Shown here: one piece after another, positions 28,301 to 43,500 of the stretch
Layout of the letters: every line of letters starts with the position of its first letter
Position numbering within the stretch: position 1 is the first letter of the stretch
Origin: Auanema rhodensis
Lineage: Eukaryota > Animalia > Nematoda
Direction: 5' to 3'
DNA: 64,000 nt
Assembly (NCBI GenBank): GCA_964057225.1
Contig: OZ059895.1
Span: forward strand, 19,530,001-19,594,000
Notes under the pieces: generated by a model
What the model was told of the DNA's origin: nothing
The model's database searches: none
What the model saw: only the letters and a program-made list of their open reading frames with translations
Made by a program: the position numbers and the translations under genes

Positions 28301-31300
28301 ATGGACATGAGAAATCTAATTTTGAAAACCGCATCTCTTCATCTTTCACGTGAAGCGAGTTACATATCAAGTGCACATCACGTGTACACTTAATTAGCAT
28401 AAATTAAAGTTCACGTAATTTTCAAAGTCATGGTTAACATGCACCAATATCAATAAAAATTTGTTTTTAGACTAATATGGACATGGGGAATCTAATTTTG
28501 AAAACCACATCTCTTTATCTTTCACGTGAAGCGAGTTACATACCAAGTGCACATCACGTGTACATTGAATTAGCATAAATTAAAGTTCACGTAAATTTCA
28601 AAGTCATGGTTACCATGCACCAATATCAATAAAAATTTGTTTTAAGACTAATATGGACATGAGAAATCTAATTTTGAAAACCGCATCTCTTCATCTTTCA
28701 CGTGAAGCGAGTTACATACCAAGTGCACATCACGTGTACATTGAATTAGCATAAATTAAAGTTCACGTAAATTTCAAAGTCATGGTTACCATGCACCAAT
28801 ATCAATAAAAATTTGTTTTTAGACTAATATGGACATGGGGAATCTAATTTTGAAAACCGCATCTCTTTATCTTTCACGTGAAGCGAGTTACATACCAAGT
28901 GCACATCACGTGTACATTTAATTAGCATAAATTAAAGTTCACGTAAATTTCAAAGTCATGGTTACCATGCACCAATATCAATAAAAATTTGTTTTAAGAC
29001 TAATATGGACATGAGAAATCTAATTTTGAAAACCGCATCTCTTCATCTTTCATGTGAAGCGAGTTACATATCAAGTGCACATCACGTGTACACTTAATCA
29101 GCATAAATTAAAGTTCACGTAAATTTCAAAGTCATGGTTAACATGCACCAATATCAATAAAAATTTGTTTTTAGACTAATATGGACATGGGGAATCTAAT
29201 TTTGAAAACCACATCTCTTTATCTTTCACGTGAAGCGAGTTACATACCAAGTGCACATCACGTGTACATTGAATTAGCATAAATTAAAGTTCACGTAAAT
29301 TTCAAAGTCATGGTTAACATGCACCAATATCAATAAAAATTCGTTTTTAGACTAATATGGACATGGGGAATCTATTTTTGAAAACCGCATCTCTTCATCT
29401 TTCACGTGAAGCAAGTTACATACCAAGTGCACATCACGTGTACACTTAATTAGCATAAATTAAAGTTCACGTAAATTTCGAAGTCATGGTTAACATGCAC
29501 CAATATCAATAAAAATTTGTTTTTAGACTAATATGGACATGGGGAATCTAATTTTGAAAACCGCATCTCTTTATCTTTCACGTGAAGCGAGTTACATACC
29601 AAGTGCACATCACGTGTACATTTAATCAGCATAAATTAAAGTTCACGTAAATTTCAAAGTCATGGTTAACATGCACCAATATCAATAAAAATTTGTTTTT
29701 AGACTAATATGGACATGGGGAATCTAATTTTGAAAACCGCATCTCTTTATCTCTCACGTGAAGCGAGTTACATACCAAGTGCACATCACGTGTACATTTA
29801 ATTAGCATAAATTAAAGTTCACGTAAATTTCAAAGTCATGGTTACCATGCACCAATATCAATAAAAATTTGTTTTAAGACTAATATGGACATGAGAAATC
29901 TAATTTTGAAAACCGCATCTCTTCATCTTTCACGTAAAGCGAGTTACATACCAAGTGCACATCACGTGTACATTTAATTAGCATAAATTAAAGTTCACGT
30001 AAATTTCAAAGTCATGGTTAACATGCACCAATATCAATAAAAATTTGTTTTTAGACTAATATGGACATGGGGAATCTAATTTTGAAAACCACATCTCTTT
30101 ATCTTTCACGTGAAGCGAGTTACATACCAAGTGCACATCACGTGTACATTTAATTAGCATAAATTAAAGTTCACGTAAATTTCAAAGTCGTGGTTAACAT
30201 GCACCAATATCAATAAAAATTTGTTTTTAGACTAATATGGACATGGGAATCTAATTTTGAAAACCACATCTCTTTATCTTTCACGTGAAGCGAGTTACAT
30301 ACCAAGTGCACATCACGTGTACATTTAATTAGCATAAATTAAAGTTCACGTAAATTTCAAAGTCATGGTTACCATGCACCAATATCAAAAAAAATTTGTT
30401 TTAAGACTAATATGGACATGAGAAATCTAATTTTGAAAACCGCATCTCTTCATCTTTCACGTGAAGCGAGTTACATATCAAGTGCACATCACGTGTACAC
30501 TTAATTAGCATAAATTAAAGTTCACGTAAATTTCAAAGTCATGGTTAACATGCACCAATATTAATAAAAATTTGTTTTAAGACTAATATGGACATGGGGA
30601 ATCTAATTTTGAAAACTGCATCTCTTTATCTTTCACGTGAAGCGAGTTACATACCAAGTGCACATCACGTGTACATTTAATTAGCATAAATTAAAGTTCA
30701 CGTAAATTTCAAAGTCATGGTTAACATGCACCAATATCAATAAAAATTTTTTTTAGACTAATATGGACATGGGGAATCTAATTTTGAAAACCGCATCTCT
30801 TTATCTTTCACGTGAAGCGAGTTACATACCAAGTGCACATCACGTGTACACTTAATTAGCATAAATTAAAGTTCACGTAAATTTCAAAGTCATGGTTACC
30901 ATGCACCAATATCAATAAAAATTTGTTTTTAGACTAATATGGACATGGGGAATCTAATTTTGAAAACCACATCTCTTTATCTTTCACGTGAAGCGAGTTA
31001 CATACCAAGTGCACATCACGTGTACATTGAATTAGCATAAATTAAAGTTCACGTAAATTTCAAAGTCATGGTTAACATGCACCAATATCAATAAAAATTC
31101 GTTTTTAGACTAATATGGACATGGGGAATCTATTTTTGAAAACCGCATCTCTTCATCTTTCACGTGAAGCGAGTTACATACCAAGTGCACATCACGTGTA
31201 CATTTAATCAGCATAAATTAAAGTTCACGTAAATTTCAAAGTCATGGTTAACATGCACCAATATCAATAAAAATTTGTTTTTAGACTAATATGGACATGG

Positions 31301-34300
31301 GGAATCTAATTTTGAAAACCGCATCTCTTTATCTCTCACGTGAAGCGAGTTACATACCAAGTGCACATCACGTGTACATTTAATTAGCATAAATTAAAGT
31401 TCACGTAAATTTCAAAGTCATGGTTACCATGCACCAATATCAATAAAAATTTGTTTTAAGACTAATATGGACATGAGAAATCTAATTTTGAAAACCGCAT
31501 CTCTTCATCTTTCACGTGAAGCGAGTTACATACCAAGTGCACATCACGTGTACATTTAATTAGCATAAATTAAAGTTCACGTAAATTTCAAAGTCATGGT
31601 TAACATGCACCAATATCAATAAAAATTTTTTTTAGACTAATATGGACATGGGGAATCTAATTTTGAAAACCGCATCTCTTTATCTTTCACGTGAAGCGAG
31701 TTACATACCAAGTGCACATCACGTGTACACTTAATTAGCATAAATTAAAGTTCACGTAAATTTCAAAGTCATGGTTACCATGCACCAATATCAATAAAAA
31801 TTTGTTTTTAGACTAATATGGACATGGGGAATCTAATTTTGAAAACCACATCTCTTTATCTTTCACGTGAAGCGAGTTACATACCAAGTGCACATCACGT
31901 GTACATTGAATTAGCATAAATTAAAGTTCACGTAAATTTCAAAGTCATGGTTAACATGCACCAATATCAATAAAAATTCGTTTTTAGACTAATATGGACA
32001 TGGGGAATCTATTTTTGAAAACCGCATCTCTTCATCTTTCACGTGAAGCGAGTTACATACCAAGTGCACATCACGTGTACATTTAATCAGCATAAATTAA
32101 AGTTCACGTAAATTTCGAAGTCATGGTTAACATGCACCAATATCAATAAAAATTTGTTTTTAGACTAATATGGACATGGGGAATCTAATTTTGAAAACCG
32201 CATCTCTTCATCTTTCACGTGAAGCGAGTTACATACCAAGTGCACATCACGTGTACATTTAATCAGCATAAATTAAAGTTCACGTAAATTTCAAAGTCAT
32301 GGTTACCATGCACCAATATCAATAAAAATTTGTTTTTAGACTAATATGGACATGGGGAATCTAATTTTGAAAACCACATCTCTTTATCTTTCACGTGAAG
32401 CGAGTTACATACCAAGTGCACATCACGTGTACATTGAATTAGCATAAATTAAAGTTCACGTAAATTTCAAAGTCATGGTTACCATGCACCAATATCAATA
32501 AAAATTTGTTTTTAGACTAATATGGACATGGGGAATCTAATTTTGAAAACCGCATCTCTTCATCTTTCACGTAAAGCGAGTTACATATCAAGTGCACATC
32601 ACGTGTACACTTAATTAGCATAAATTAAAGTTCACGTAAATTTCAAAGTCATGGTTAACATGCACCAATATCAATAAAAATTTGTTTTTAGACTAATATG
32701 GACAGGGGGAATCTAATTTTGAAAACCGCATCTCTTCATCTTTCACGTGAAGCGAGTTACATATCAAGTGCACATCACGTGTACACTTAATTAGCATAAA
32801 TTAAAGTTCACGTAAATTTCAAAGTCATGGTTAACATGCACCGATATCAATAAAAAATTTTTTTAGACTAATATGGACATGGGGAATCTAATTTTGAAAA
32901 CCGCATCTCTTTCTCTTTGACGTGAAGCGAGTTACATACCAAGTGCACATCACGTGTACACTTAATTAGCATAAATTAAAGTTCACGTAAATTTCAAAGT
33001 CATGGTTACCATGCACCAATATCAATAAAAATTTGTTTTTAGACTAATATGGACATGGGGAATCTAATTTTGAAAACCACATCTCTTCATCTTTCACGTG
33101 AAGCGAGTTACATACCAAGTGCACATCACGTGTACATTGAATTAGCATAAATTAAAGTTCACGTAAATTTCAAAGTCATGGTTACCATGCACCAATATCA
33201 ATAAAAATTTGTTTTTAGACTAATATGGACATGGGGAATCTAATTTTGAAAACCGCATCTCTTTATCTTTCACGTGAAGCGAGTTACATACCAAGTGCAC
33301 ATCACGTGTACATTTAATTAGCATAAATTAAAGTTCACGTAAATTTCAAAGTCATGGTTACCATGCACCAATATCAATAAAAATTTGTTTTAAGACTAAT
33401 ATGGACATGAGAAATCTAATTTTGAAAACCGCATCTCTTCATCTTTCATGTGAAGCGAGTTACATATCAAGTGCACATCACGTGTACACTTAATCAGCAT
33501 AAATTAAAGTTCACGTAAATTTCAAAGTCATGGTTAACATGCACCAATATCAATAAAAATTTGTTTTTAGACTAATATGGACATGGGGAATCTATTTTTG
33601 AAAACCGCATCTCTTCATCTTTCACGTGAAGCGAGTTACATACCAAGTGCACATCACGTGTACACTTAATTAGCATAAATTAAAGTTCACGTAAATTTCA
33701 AAGTCATGGTTACCATGCACCAATATCAATAAAAATTTGTTTTAAGACTAATATGGACATGAGAAATCTAATTTTGAAAACCGCATCTCTTCATCTTTCA
33801 CGTAAAGCGAGTTACATATCAAGTGCACATCACGTGTACACTTAATTAGCATAAATTAAAGTTCACGTAAATTTCAAAGTCATGGTTAACATGCACCAAT
33901 ATCAATAAAAATTTGTTTTTAGACTAATATGGACATGGGGAATCTAATTTTGAAAACCGCATCTCTTTATCTCTCACGTGAAGCGAGTTACATACCAAGT
34001 GCACATCACGTGTACATTTAATTAGCATAAATTAGAGTTCACGTAAATTTCAAAGTCATGGTTACCATGCACCAATATCAATAAAAATTTGTTTTAAGAC
34101 TAATATGGACATGAGAAATCTAATTTTGAAAACCGCATCTCTTCATCTTTCACGTGAAGCGAGTTACATACCAAGTGCACATCACGTGTACACTTAATTA
34201 GCATAAATTAAAGTTCACGTAAATTTCAAAGTCATGGTTACCATGCACCAATATCAATAAAAATTTGTTTTTAGACTAATATGGACATGGGGAATCTAAT

Positions 34301-37300
34301 TTTGAAAACCACATCTCTTTATCTTTCACGTGAAGCGAGTTACATACCAAGTGCACATCACGTGTACATTGAATTAGCATAAATTAAAGTTCACGTAAAT
34401 TTCAAAGTCATGGTTACCATGCACCAATATCAATAAAAATTTGTTTTAAGACTAATATGGACATGAGAAATCTAATTTTGAAAACCGCATCTCTTCATCT
34501 TTCACGTGAAGCGAGTTACATACCAAGTGCACATCACGTGTACATTGAATTAGCATAAATTAAAGTTCACGTAAATTTCAAAGTCATGGTTACCATGCAC
34601 CAATATCAATAAAAATTTGTTTTTAGACTAATATGGACATGGGGAATCTAATTTTGAAAACCGCATCTCTTTATCTTTCACGTGAAGCGAGTTACATACC
34701 AAGTGCACATCACGTGTACACTTAATTAGCATAAATTAAAGTTCGCGTAAATTTCAAAGTCATGGTTACCATGCACCAATATCAATAAAAATTTGTTTTT
34801 AGACTAATATGGACATGGGGAATCTAATTTTGAAAACCGCATCTCTTTATCTCTCACGTGAAGCGAGTTACATACCAAGTGCACATCACGTGTACATTTA
34901 ATTAGCATAAATTAAAGTTCACGTAAATTTCAAAGTCATGGTTACCATGCACCAATATCAATAAAAATTTGTTTTTAGACTAATATGGACATGGGGAATC
35001 TAATTTTGAAAACCACATCTCTTTATCTTTCACGTGAAGCGAGTTACATACCAAGTGCACATCACGTGTACACTTAATTAGCATAAATTAAAGTTCACGT
35101 AAATTTCAAAGTCATGGTTACCATGCACCAATATCAATAAAAATTTGTTTTTAGACTAATATGGACATGGGGAATCTAATTTTGAAAACCGCATCTCTTT
35201 ATCTCTCACGTGAAGCGAGTTACATACCAAGTGCACATCACGTGTACATTTAATCAGCATAAATTAAAGTTCACGTAAATTTCAAAGTCATGGTTAACAT
35301 GCACCAATATCAATAAAAATTTGTTTTTAGACTAATATGGACATGGGGAATCTAATTTTGAAAACCGCATCTCTTTATCTCTCACGTGAAGCGAGTTACA
35401 TACCAAGTGCACATCACGTGTACATTTAATTAGCATAAATTAAAGTTCACGTAAATTTCAAAGTCATGGTTACCATGCACCAATATCAATAAAAATTTGT
35501 TTTAAGACTAATATGGACATGAGAAATCTAATTTTGAAAACCGCATCTCTTCATCTTTCACGTAAAGCGAGTTACATTTCAAGTGCACATCACGTGTACA
35601 CTTAATTAGCATAAATTAAAGTTCACGTAAATTTCAAAGTCATGGTTAACATGCACCAATATCAATAAAAATTCGTTTTTAGACTAATATGGACATGGGG
35701 AATCTATTTTTGAAAACCGCATCTCTTCATCTTTCACGTGAAGCAAGTTACATACCAAGTGCACATCACGTGTACACTTAATTAGCATAAATTAAAGTTC
35801 ACGTAAATTTCGAAGTCATGGTTAACATGCACCAATATCAATAAAAATTTGTTTTTAGACTAATATGGACATGGGGAATCTAATTTTGAAAACCGCATCT
35901 CTTTATCTTTCACGTGAAGCGAGTTACATACCAAGTGCACATCACGTGTACATTTAATCAGCATAAATTAAAGTTCACGTAAATTTCAAAGTCATGGTTA
36001 ACATGCACCAATATCAATAAAAATTTGTTTTTAGACTAATATGGACATGGGGAATCTAATTTTGAAAACCGCATCTCTTTATCTCTCACGTGAAGCGAGT
36101 TACATACCAAGTGCACATCACGTGTACATTTAATTAGCATAAATTAAAGTTCACGTAAATTTCAAAGTCATGGTTACCATGCACCAATATCAATAAAAAT
36201 TTGTTTTAAGACTAATATGGACATGAGAAATCTAATTTTGAAAACCGCATCTCTTCATCTTTCACGTAAAGCGAGTTACATATCAAGTGCACATCACGTG
36301 TACACTTAATTAGCATAAATTAAAGTTCACGTAAATTTCAAAGTCATGGTTAACATGCACCAATATCAATAAAAATTTGTTTTTAGACTAATATGGACAT
36401 GGGGAATCTAATTTTGAAAACCACATCTCTTTATCTTTCACGTGAAGCGAGTTACATACCAAGTGCACATCACGTGTACACTTAATTAGCATAAATTAAA
36501 GTTCACGTAAATTTCAAAGTCATGGTTACCATGCACCAATATCAATAAAAATTTGTTTTTAGACTAATATGGACATGGGGAATCTAATTTTGAAAACCGC
36601 ATCTCTTTATCTCTCACGTGAAGCGAGTTACATACCAAGTGCACATCACGTGTACATTTAATTAGCATAAATTAAAGTTCACGTAAATTTCAAAGTCATG
36701 GTTACCATGCACCAATATCAATAAAAATTTGTTTTTAGACTAATATGGACATGGGGAATCTAATTTTGAAAACCACATCTCTTTATCTTTCACGTGAAGC
36801 GAGTTACATACCAAGTGCACATCACGTGTACACTTAATTAGCATAAATTAAAGTTCACGTAAATTTCAAAGTCATGGTTACCATGCACCAATATCAATAA
36901 AAATTTGTTTTTAGACTAATATGGACATGGGGAATCTAATTTTGAAAACCGCATCTCTTTATCTTTCACGTGAAGCGAGTTACATACCAAGTGCACATCA
37001 CGTGTACATTTAATTAGCATAAATTAAAGTTTACGTAAATTTCAAAGTCATGGTTACCATGCACCAATATCAATAAAAACTTGTTTTAAGACTAATATGG
37101 ACATGAGAAATCTAATTTTGAAAACCGCATCTCTTCATCTTTCACGTGAAGCGAGTTACATATCAAGTGCACATCACGTGTACACTTAATTAGCATAAAT
37201 GAAAGTTCACGTAATTTTCAAAGTCATGGTTAACATGCACCAATATCAATAAAAATTTGTTTTTAGACTAATATGGACATGGGGAATCTAATTTTGAAAA

Positions 37301-37599
37301 CCACATCTCTTTATCTTTCACGTGAAGCGAGTTACATACCAAGTGCACATCACGTGTACATTGAATTAGCATAAATTAAAGTTTACGTAAATTTCAAAGT
37401 CATGGTTACCATGCACCAATATCAATAAAAATTTGTTTTAAGACTAATATGGACATGAGAAATCTAATTTTGAAAACCGCATCTCTTCATCTTTCACGTG
37501 AAGCGAGTTACATACCAAGTGCACATCACGTGTACATTGAATTAGCATAAATTAAAGTTCACGTAAATTTCAAAGTCATGGTTACCATGCACCAATATC

Positions 37600-40500
37600 A
37601 ATAAAAATTTGTTTTTAGACTAATATGGACATGGGGAATCTAATTTTGAAAACCGCATCTCTTTATCTTTCACGTGAAGCGAGTTACATACCAAGTGCAC
37701 ATCACGTGTACATTTAATTAGCATAAATTAAAGTTTACGTAAATTTCAAAGTCATGGTTACCATGCACCAATATCAATAAAAATTTGTTTTAAGACTAAT
37801 ATGGACATGAGAAATCTAATTTTGAAAACCGCATCTCTTCATCTTTCATGTGAAGCGAGTTACATATCAAGTGCACATCACGTGTACATTGAATTAGCAT
37901 AAATTAAAGTTCACGTAAATTTCAAAGTCATGGTTAACATGCACCAATATCAATAAAAATTTGTTTTAAGACTAATATGGACATGAGAAATCTAATTTTG
38001 AAAACCGCATCTCTTCATCTTTCATGTGAAGCGAGTTACATATCAAGTGCACATCACGTGTACATTGAATTAGCATAAATTAAAGTTCACGTAAATTTCA
38101 AAGTCATGGTTACCATGCACCAATATCAATAAAAATTTGTTTTTAGACTAATATGGACATGGGGAATCTAATTTTGAAAACCGCATCTCTTTATCTTTCA
38201 CGTGAAGCGAGTTACATACCAAGTGCACATCACGTGTACATTTAATTAGCATAAATTAAAGTTTACGTAAATTTCAAAGTCATGGTTACCATGCACCAAT
38301 ATCAATAAAAATTTGTTTTAAGACTAATATGGACATGAGAAATCTAATTTTGAAAACCGCATCTCTTCATCTTTCATGTGAAGCGAGTTACATATCAAGT
38401 GCACATCACGTGTACATTGAATTAGCATAAATTAAAGTTCACGTAAATTTCAAAGTCATGGTTAACATGCACCAATATCAATAAAAATTTGTTTTAAGAC
38501 TAATATGGACATGGGGAATCTAATTTTGAAAACCGCATCTCTTTATCTTTCACGTGAAGCGAGTTACATACCAAGTGCACATCACGTGTACATTTAATTA
38601 GCATAAATTAAAGTTTACGTAAATTTCAAAGTCATGGTTACCATGCACCAATATCAATAAAAATTTGTTTTAAGACTAATATGGACATGAGAAATCTAAT
38701 TTTGAAAACCGCATCTCTTCATCTTTCATGTGAAGCGAGTTACATATCAAGTGCACATCACGTGTACATTGAATTAGCATAAATTAAAGTTCACGTAAAT
38801 TTCAAAGTCATGGTTAACATGCACCAATATCAATAAAAATTTGTTTTTAGACTAATATGGACATGGGGAATCTATTTTTGAAAACCGCATCTCTTCATCT
38901 TTCACGTGAAGCGAGTTACATACCAAGTGCACATCACGTGTACACTTAATTAGCATAAATTAAAGTTCACGTAAATTTCGAAGTCATGGTTAACATGCAC
39001 CAATATCAATAAAAATTTGTTTTTAGACTAATATGGACATGGGGAATCTAATTTTGAAAACCGCATCTCTTTATCTTTCACGTGAAGCGAGTTACATACC
39101 AAGTGCACATCACGTGTACATTTAATTAGCATAAATTAAAGTTCACGTAAATTTCAAAGTCATGGTTACCATGCACCAATATCAATAAAAATTTGTTTTA
39201 AGACTAATATGGACATGAGAAATCTAATTTTGAAAACCGCATCTCTTCATCTTTCACGTGAAGCGAGTTACATACCAAGTGCACATCACGTGTACACTTA
39301 ATTAGCATAAATTAAAGTTCACGTAAATTTCAAAGTCATGGTTACCATGCACCAATATCAATAAAAATTTGTTTTAAGACTAATATGGACATGAGAAATC
39401 TAATTTTGAAAACCGCATCTCTTTATCTTTCACGTGAAGCGAGTTACATACCAAGTGCACATCACGTGTACACTTAATTAGCATAAATTAAAGTTCACGT
39501 AAATTTCAAAGTCATGGTTACCATGCACCAATATCAATAAAAATTTGTTTTTAGACTAATATGGACATGGGGAATCTAATTTTGAAAACCACATCTCTTT
39601 ATCTTTCACGTGAAGCGAGTTACATACCAAGTGCACATCACGTGTACATTGAATTAGCATAAATTAAAGTTCACGTAAATTTCAAAGTCATGGTTACCAT
39701 GCACCAATATCAATAAAAATTTGTTTTAAGACTAATATGGACATGAGAAATCTAATTTTGAAAACCGCATCTCTTCATCTTTCACGTGAAGCGAGTTACA
39801 TACCAAGTGCACATCACGTGTACATTGAATTAGCATAAATTAAAGTTCACGTAAATTTCAAAGTCATGGTTACCATGCACCAATATCAATAAAAATTTGT
39901 TTTTAGACTAATATGGACATGGGGAATCTAATTTTGAAAACCGCATCTCTTTATCTTTCACGTGAAGCGAGTTACATACCAAGTGCACATCACGTGTACA
40001 TTTAATTAGCATAAATTAAAGTTTACGTAAATTTCAAAGTCATGGTTACCATGCACCAATATCAATAAAAATTTGTTTTAAGACTAATATGGACATGAGA
40101 AATCTAATTTTGAAAACCGCATCTCTTCATCTTTCATGTGAAGCGAGTTACATATCAAGTGCACATCACGTGTACATTGAATTAGCATAAATTAAAGTTC
40201 ACGTAAATTTCAAAGTCATGGTTAACATGCACCAATATCAATAAAAATTTGTTTTTAGACTAATATGGACATGGGGAATCTATTTTTGAAAACCGCATCT
40301 CTTCATCTTTCACGTGAAGCGAGTTACATACCAAGTGCACATCACGTGTACACTTAATTAGCATAAATTAAAGTTCACGTAAATTTCGAAGTCATGGTTA
40401 ACATGCACCAATATCAATAAAAATTTGTTTTTAGACTAATATGGACATGGGGAATCTAATTTTGAAAACCGCATCTCTTTATCTTTCACGTGAAGCGAGT

Positions 40501-43500
40501 TACTTACCAAGTGCACATCACGTGTACATTTAATTAGCATAAATTAAAGTTCACGTAAATTTCAAAGTCATGGTTACCATGCACCAATATCAATAAAAAT
40601 TTGTTTTAAGACTAATATGGACATGAGAAATCTAATTTTGAAAACCGCATCTCTTCATCTTTCACGTGAAGCGAGTTACATACCAAGTGCACATCACGTG
40701 TACACTTAATTAGCATAAATTAAAGTTCACGTAAATTTCAAAGTCATGGTTACCATGCACCAATATCAATAAAAATTTGTTTTAAGACTAATATGGACAT
40801 GAGAAATCTAATTTTGAAAACCGCATCTCTTTATCTTTCACGTGAAGCGAGTTACATACCAAGTGCACATCACGTGTACATTGAATTAGCATAAATTAAA
40901 GTTCACGTAAATTTCAAAGTCATGGTTACCATGCACCAATATCAATAAAAATTTGTTTTTAGACTAATATGGACATGGGGAATCTAATTTTGAAAACCGC
41001 ATCTCTTTATCTTTCACGTGAAGCGAGTTACATACCAAGTGCACATCACGTGTACATTTAATTAGCATAAATTAAAGTTTACGTAAATTTCAAAGTCATG
41101 GTTACCATGCACCAATATCAATAAAAATTTGTTTTAAGACTAATATGGACATGAGAAATCTAATTTTGAAAACCGCATCTCTTCATTTTTCATGTGAAGC
41201 GAGTTACATATCAAGTGCACATCACGTGTACATTGAATTAGCATAAATTAAAGTTCACGTAAATTTCAAAGTCATGGTTAACATGCACCAATATCAATAA
41301 AAATTTGTTTTTAGACTAATATGGACATGGGGAATCTATTTTTGAAAACCGCATCTCTTCATCTTTCACGTGAAGCGAGTTACATACCAAGTGCACATCA
41401 CGTGTACACTTAATTAGCATAAATTAAAGTTCACGTAAATTTCGAAGTCATGGTTAACATGCACCAATATCAATAAAAATTTGTTTTTAGACTAATATGG
41501 ACATGGGGAATCTAATTTTGAAAACCGCATCTCTTTATCTTTCACGTGAAGCGAGTTACATACCAAGTGCACATCACGTGTACATTTAATTAGCATAAAT
41601 TAAAGTTCACGTAAATTTCAAAGTCATGGTTACCATGCACCAATATCAATAAAAATTTGTTTTAAGACTAATATGGACATGGGGAATCTAATTTTGAAAA
41701 CCGCATCTCTTTCTCTTTGACGTGAAGCGAGTTACATACCAAGTGCACATCTCGTGTACACTTAATTAGCATAAATTAAAGTTCACGTAAATTTCAAAGT
41801 CATGGTTAACATGCACCAATATCAATAAAAATTTGTTTTTAGACTAATATGGACATGGGGAATCTAATTTTGAAAACCGCATCTCTTTATCTTTCACGTG
41901 AAGCGAGTTACATACCAAGTGCACATCACGTGTACATTTAATTAGCATAAATTAAAGTTCACGTAAATTTCAAAGTCATGGTTACCATGCACCAATATCA
42001 ATAAAAATTTGTTTTAAGACTAATATGGACATGAGAAATCTAATTTTGAAAACCGCATCTCTTCATCTTTCACGTGAAGCGAGTTACATACCAAGTGCAC
42101 ATCACGTGTACATTGAATTAGCATAAATTAAAGTTCACGTAAATTTCAAAGTCATGGTTACCATGCACCAATATCAATAAAAATTTGTTTTTAGACTAAT
42201 ATGGACATGGGGAATCTAATTTTGAAAACCGCATCTCTTTATCTTTCACGTGAAGCGAGTTACATACCAAGTGCACATCACGTGTACATTTAATCAGCAT
42301 AAATTAAAGTTCACGTAAATTTCAAAGTCATGGTTACCATGCACCAATATCAATAAAAATTTGTTTTAAGACTAATATGGACATGAGAAATCTAATTTTG
42401 AAAACCGCATCTCTTCATCTTTCATGTGAAGCGAGTTACATATCAAGTGCACATCACGTGTACACTTAATCAGCATAAGTTAAAGTTCACGTAAATTTCA
42501 AAGTCATGGTTAACATGCACCAATATCAATAAAAATTTGTTTTTAGACTAATATGGACATGGGGAATCTAATTTTGAAAACCACATCTCTTTATCTTTCA
42601 CGTGAAGCGAGTTACATACCAAGTGCACATCACGTGTACATTGAATTAGCATAAATTAAAGTTCACGTAAATTTCAAAGTCATGGTTAACATGCACCAAT
42701 ATCAATAAAAATTTGTTTTAAGACTAATATGGACATGAGAAATCTAATTTTGAAAACCGCATCTCTTTATCTCTCACGTGAAGCGAGTTACATACCAAGT
42801 GCACATCACGTGTACATTTAATTAGCATAAATTAAAGTTCACGTAAATTTCAAAGTCATGGTTAACATGCACCAATATCAATAAAAATTTGTTTTTAGAC
42901 TAATATGGACATGGGGAATCTAATTTTGAAAACCGCATCTCTTTATCTTTCACGTGAAGCGAGTTACATACCAAGTGCACATCACGTGTACATTTAATCA
43001 GCATAAATTAAAGTTCACGTAAATTTCAAAGTCATGGTTAACATGCACCAATATCAATAAAAATTTGTTTTTAGACTAATATGGACATGGGGAATCTAAT
43101 TTTGAAAACCGCATCTCTTTATCTCTCACGTGAAGCGAGTTACATACCAAGTGCACATCACGTGTACATTTAATTAGCATAAATTAAAGTTCACGTAAAT
43201 TTCAAAGTCATGGTTACCATGCACCAATATCAATAAAAATTTGTTTTAAGACTAATATGGACATGAGAAATCTAATTTTGAAAACCGCATCTCTTCATCT
43301 TTCACGTAAAGCGAGTTACATATCAAGTGCACATCACGTGTACACTTAATTAGCATAAATTAAAGTTCACGTAAATTTCAAAGTCATGGTTAACATGCAC
43401 CAATATCAATAAAATTTGTTTTTAGACTAATATGGACATGGGGAATCTAATTTTGAAAACCGCATCTCTTTATCTCTCACGTGAAGCGAGTTACATACCA

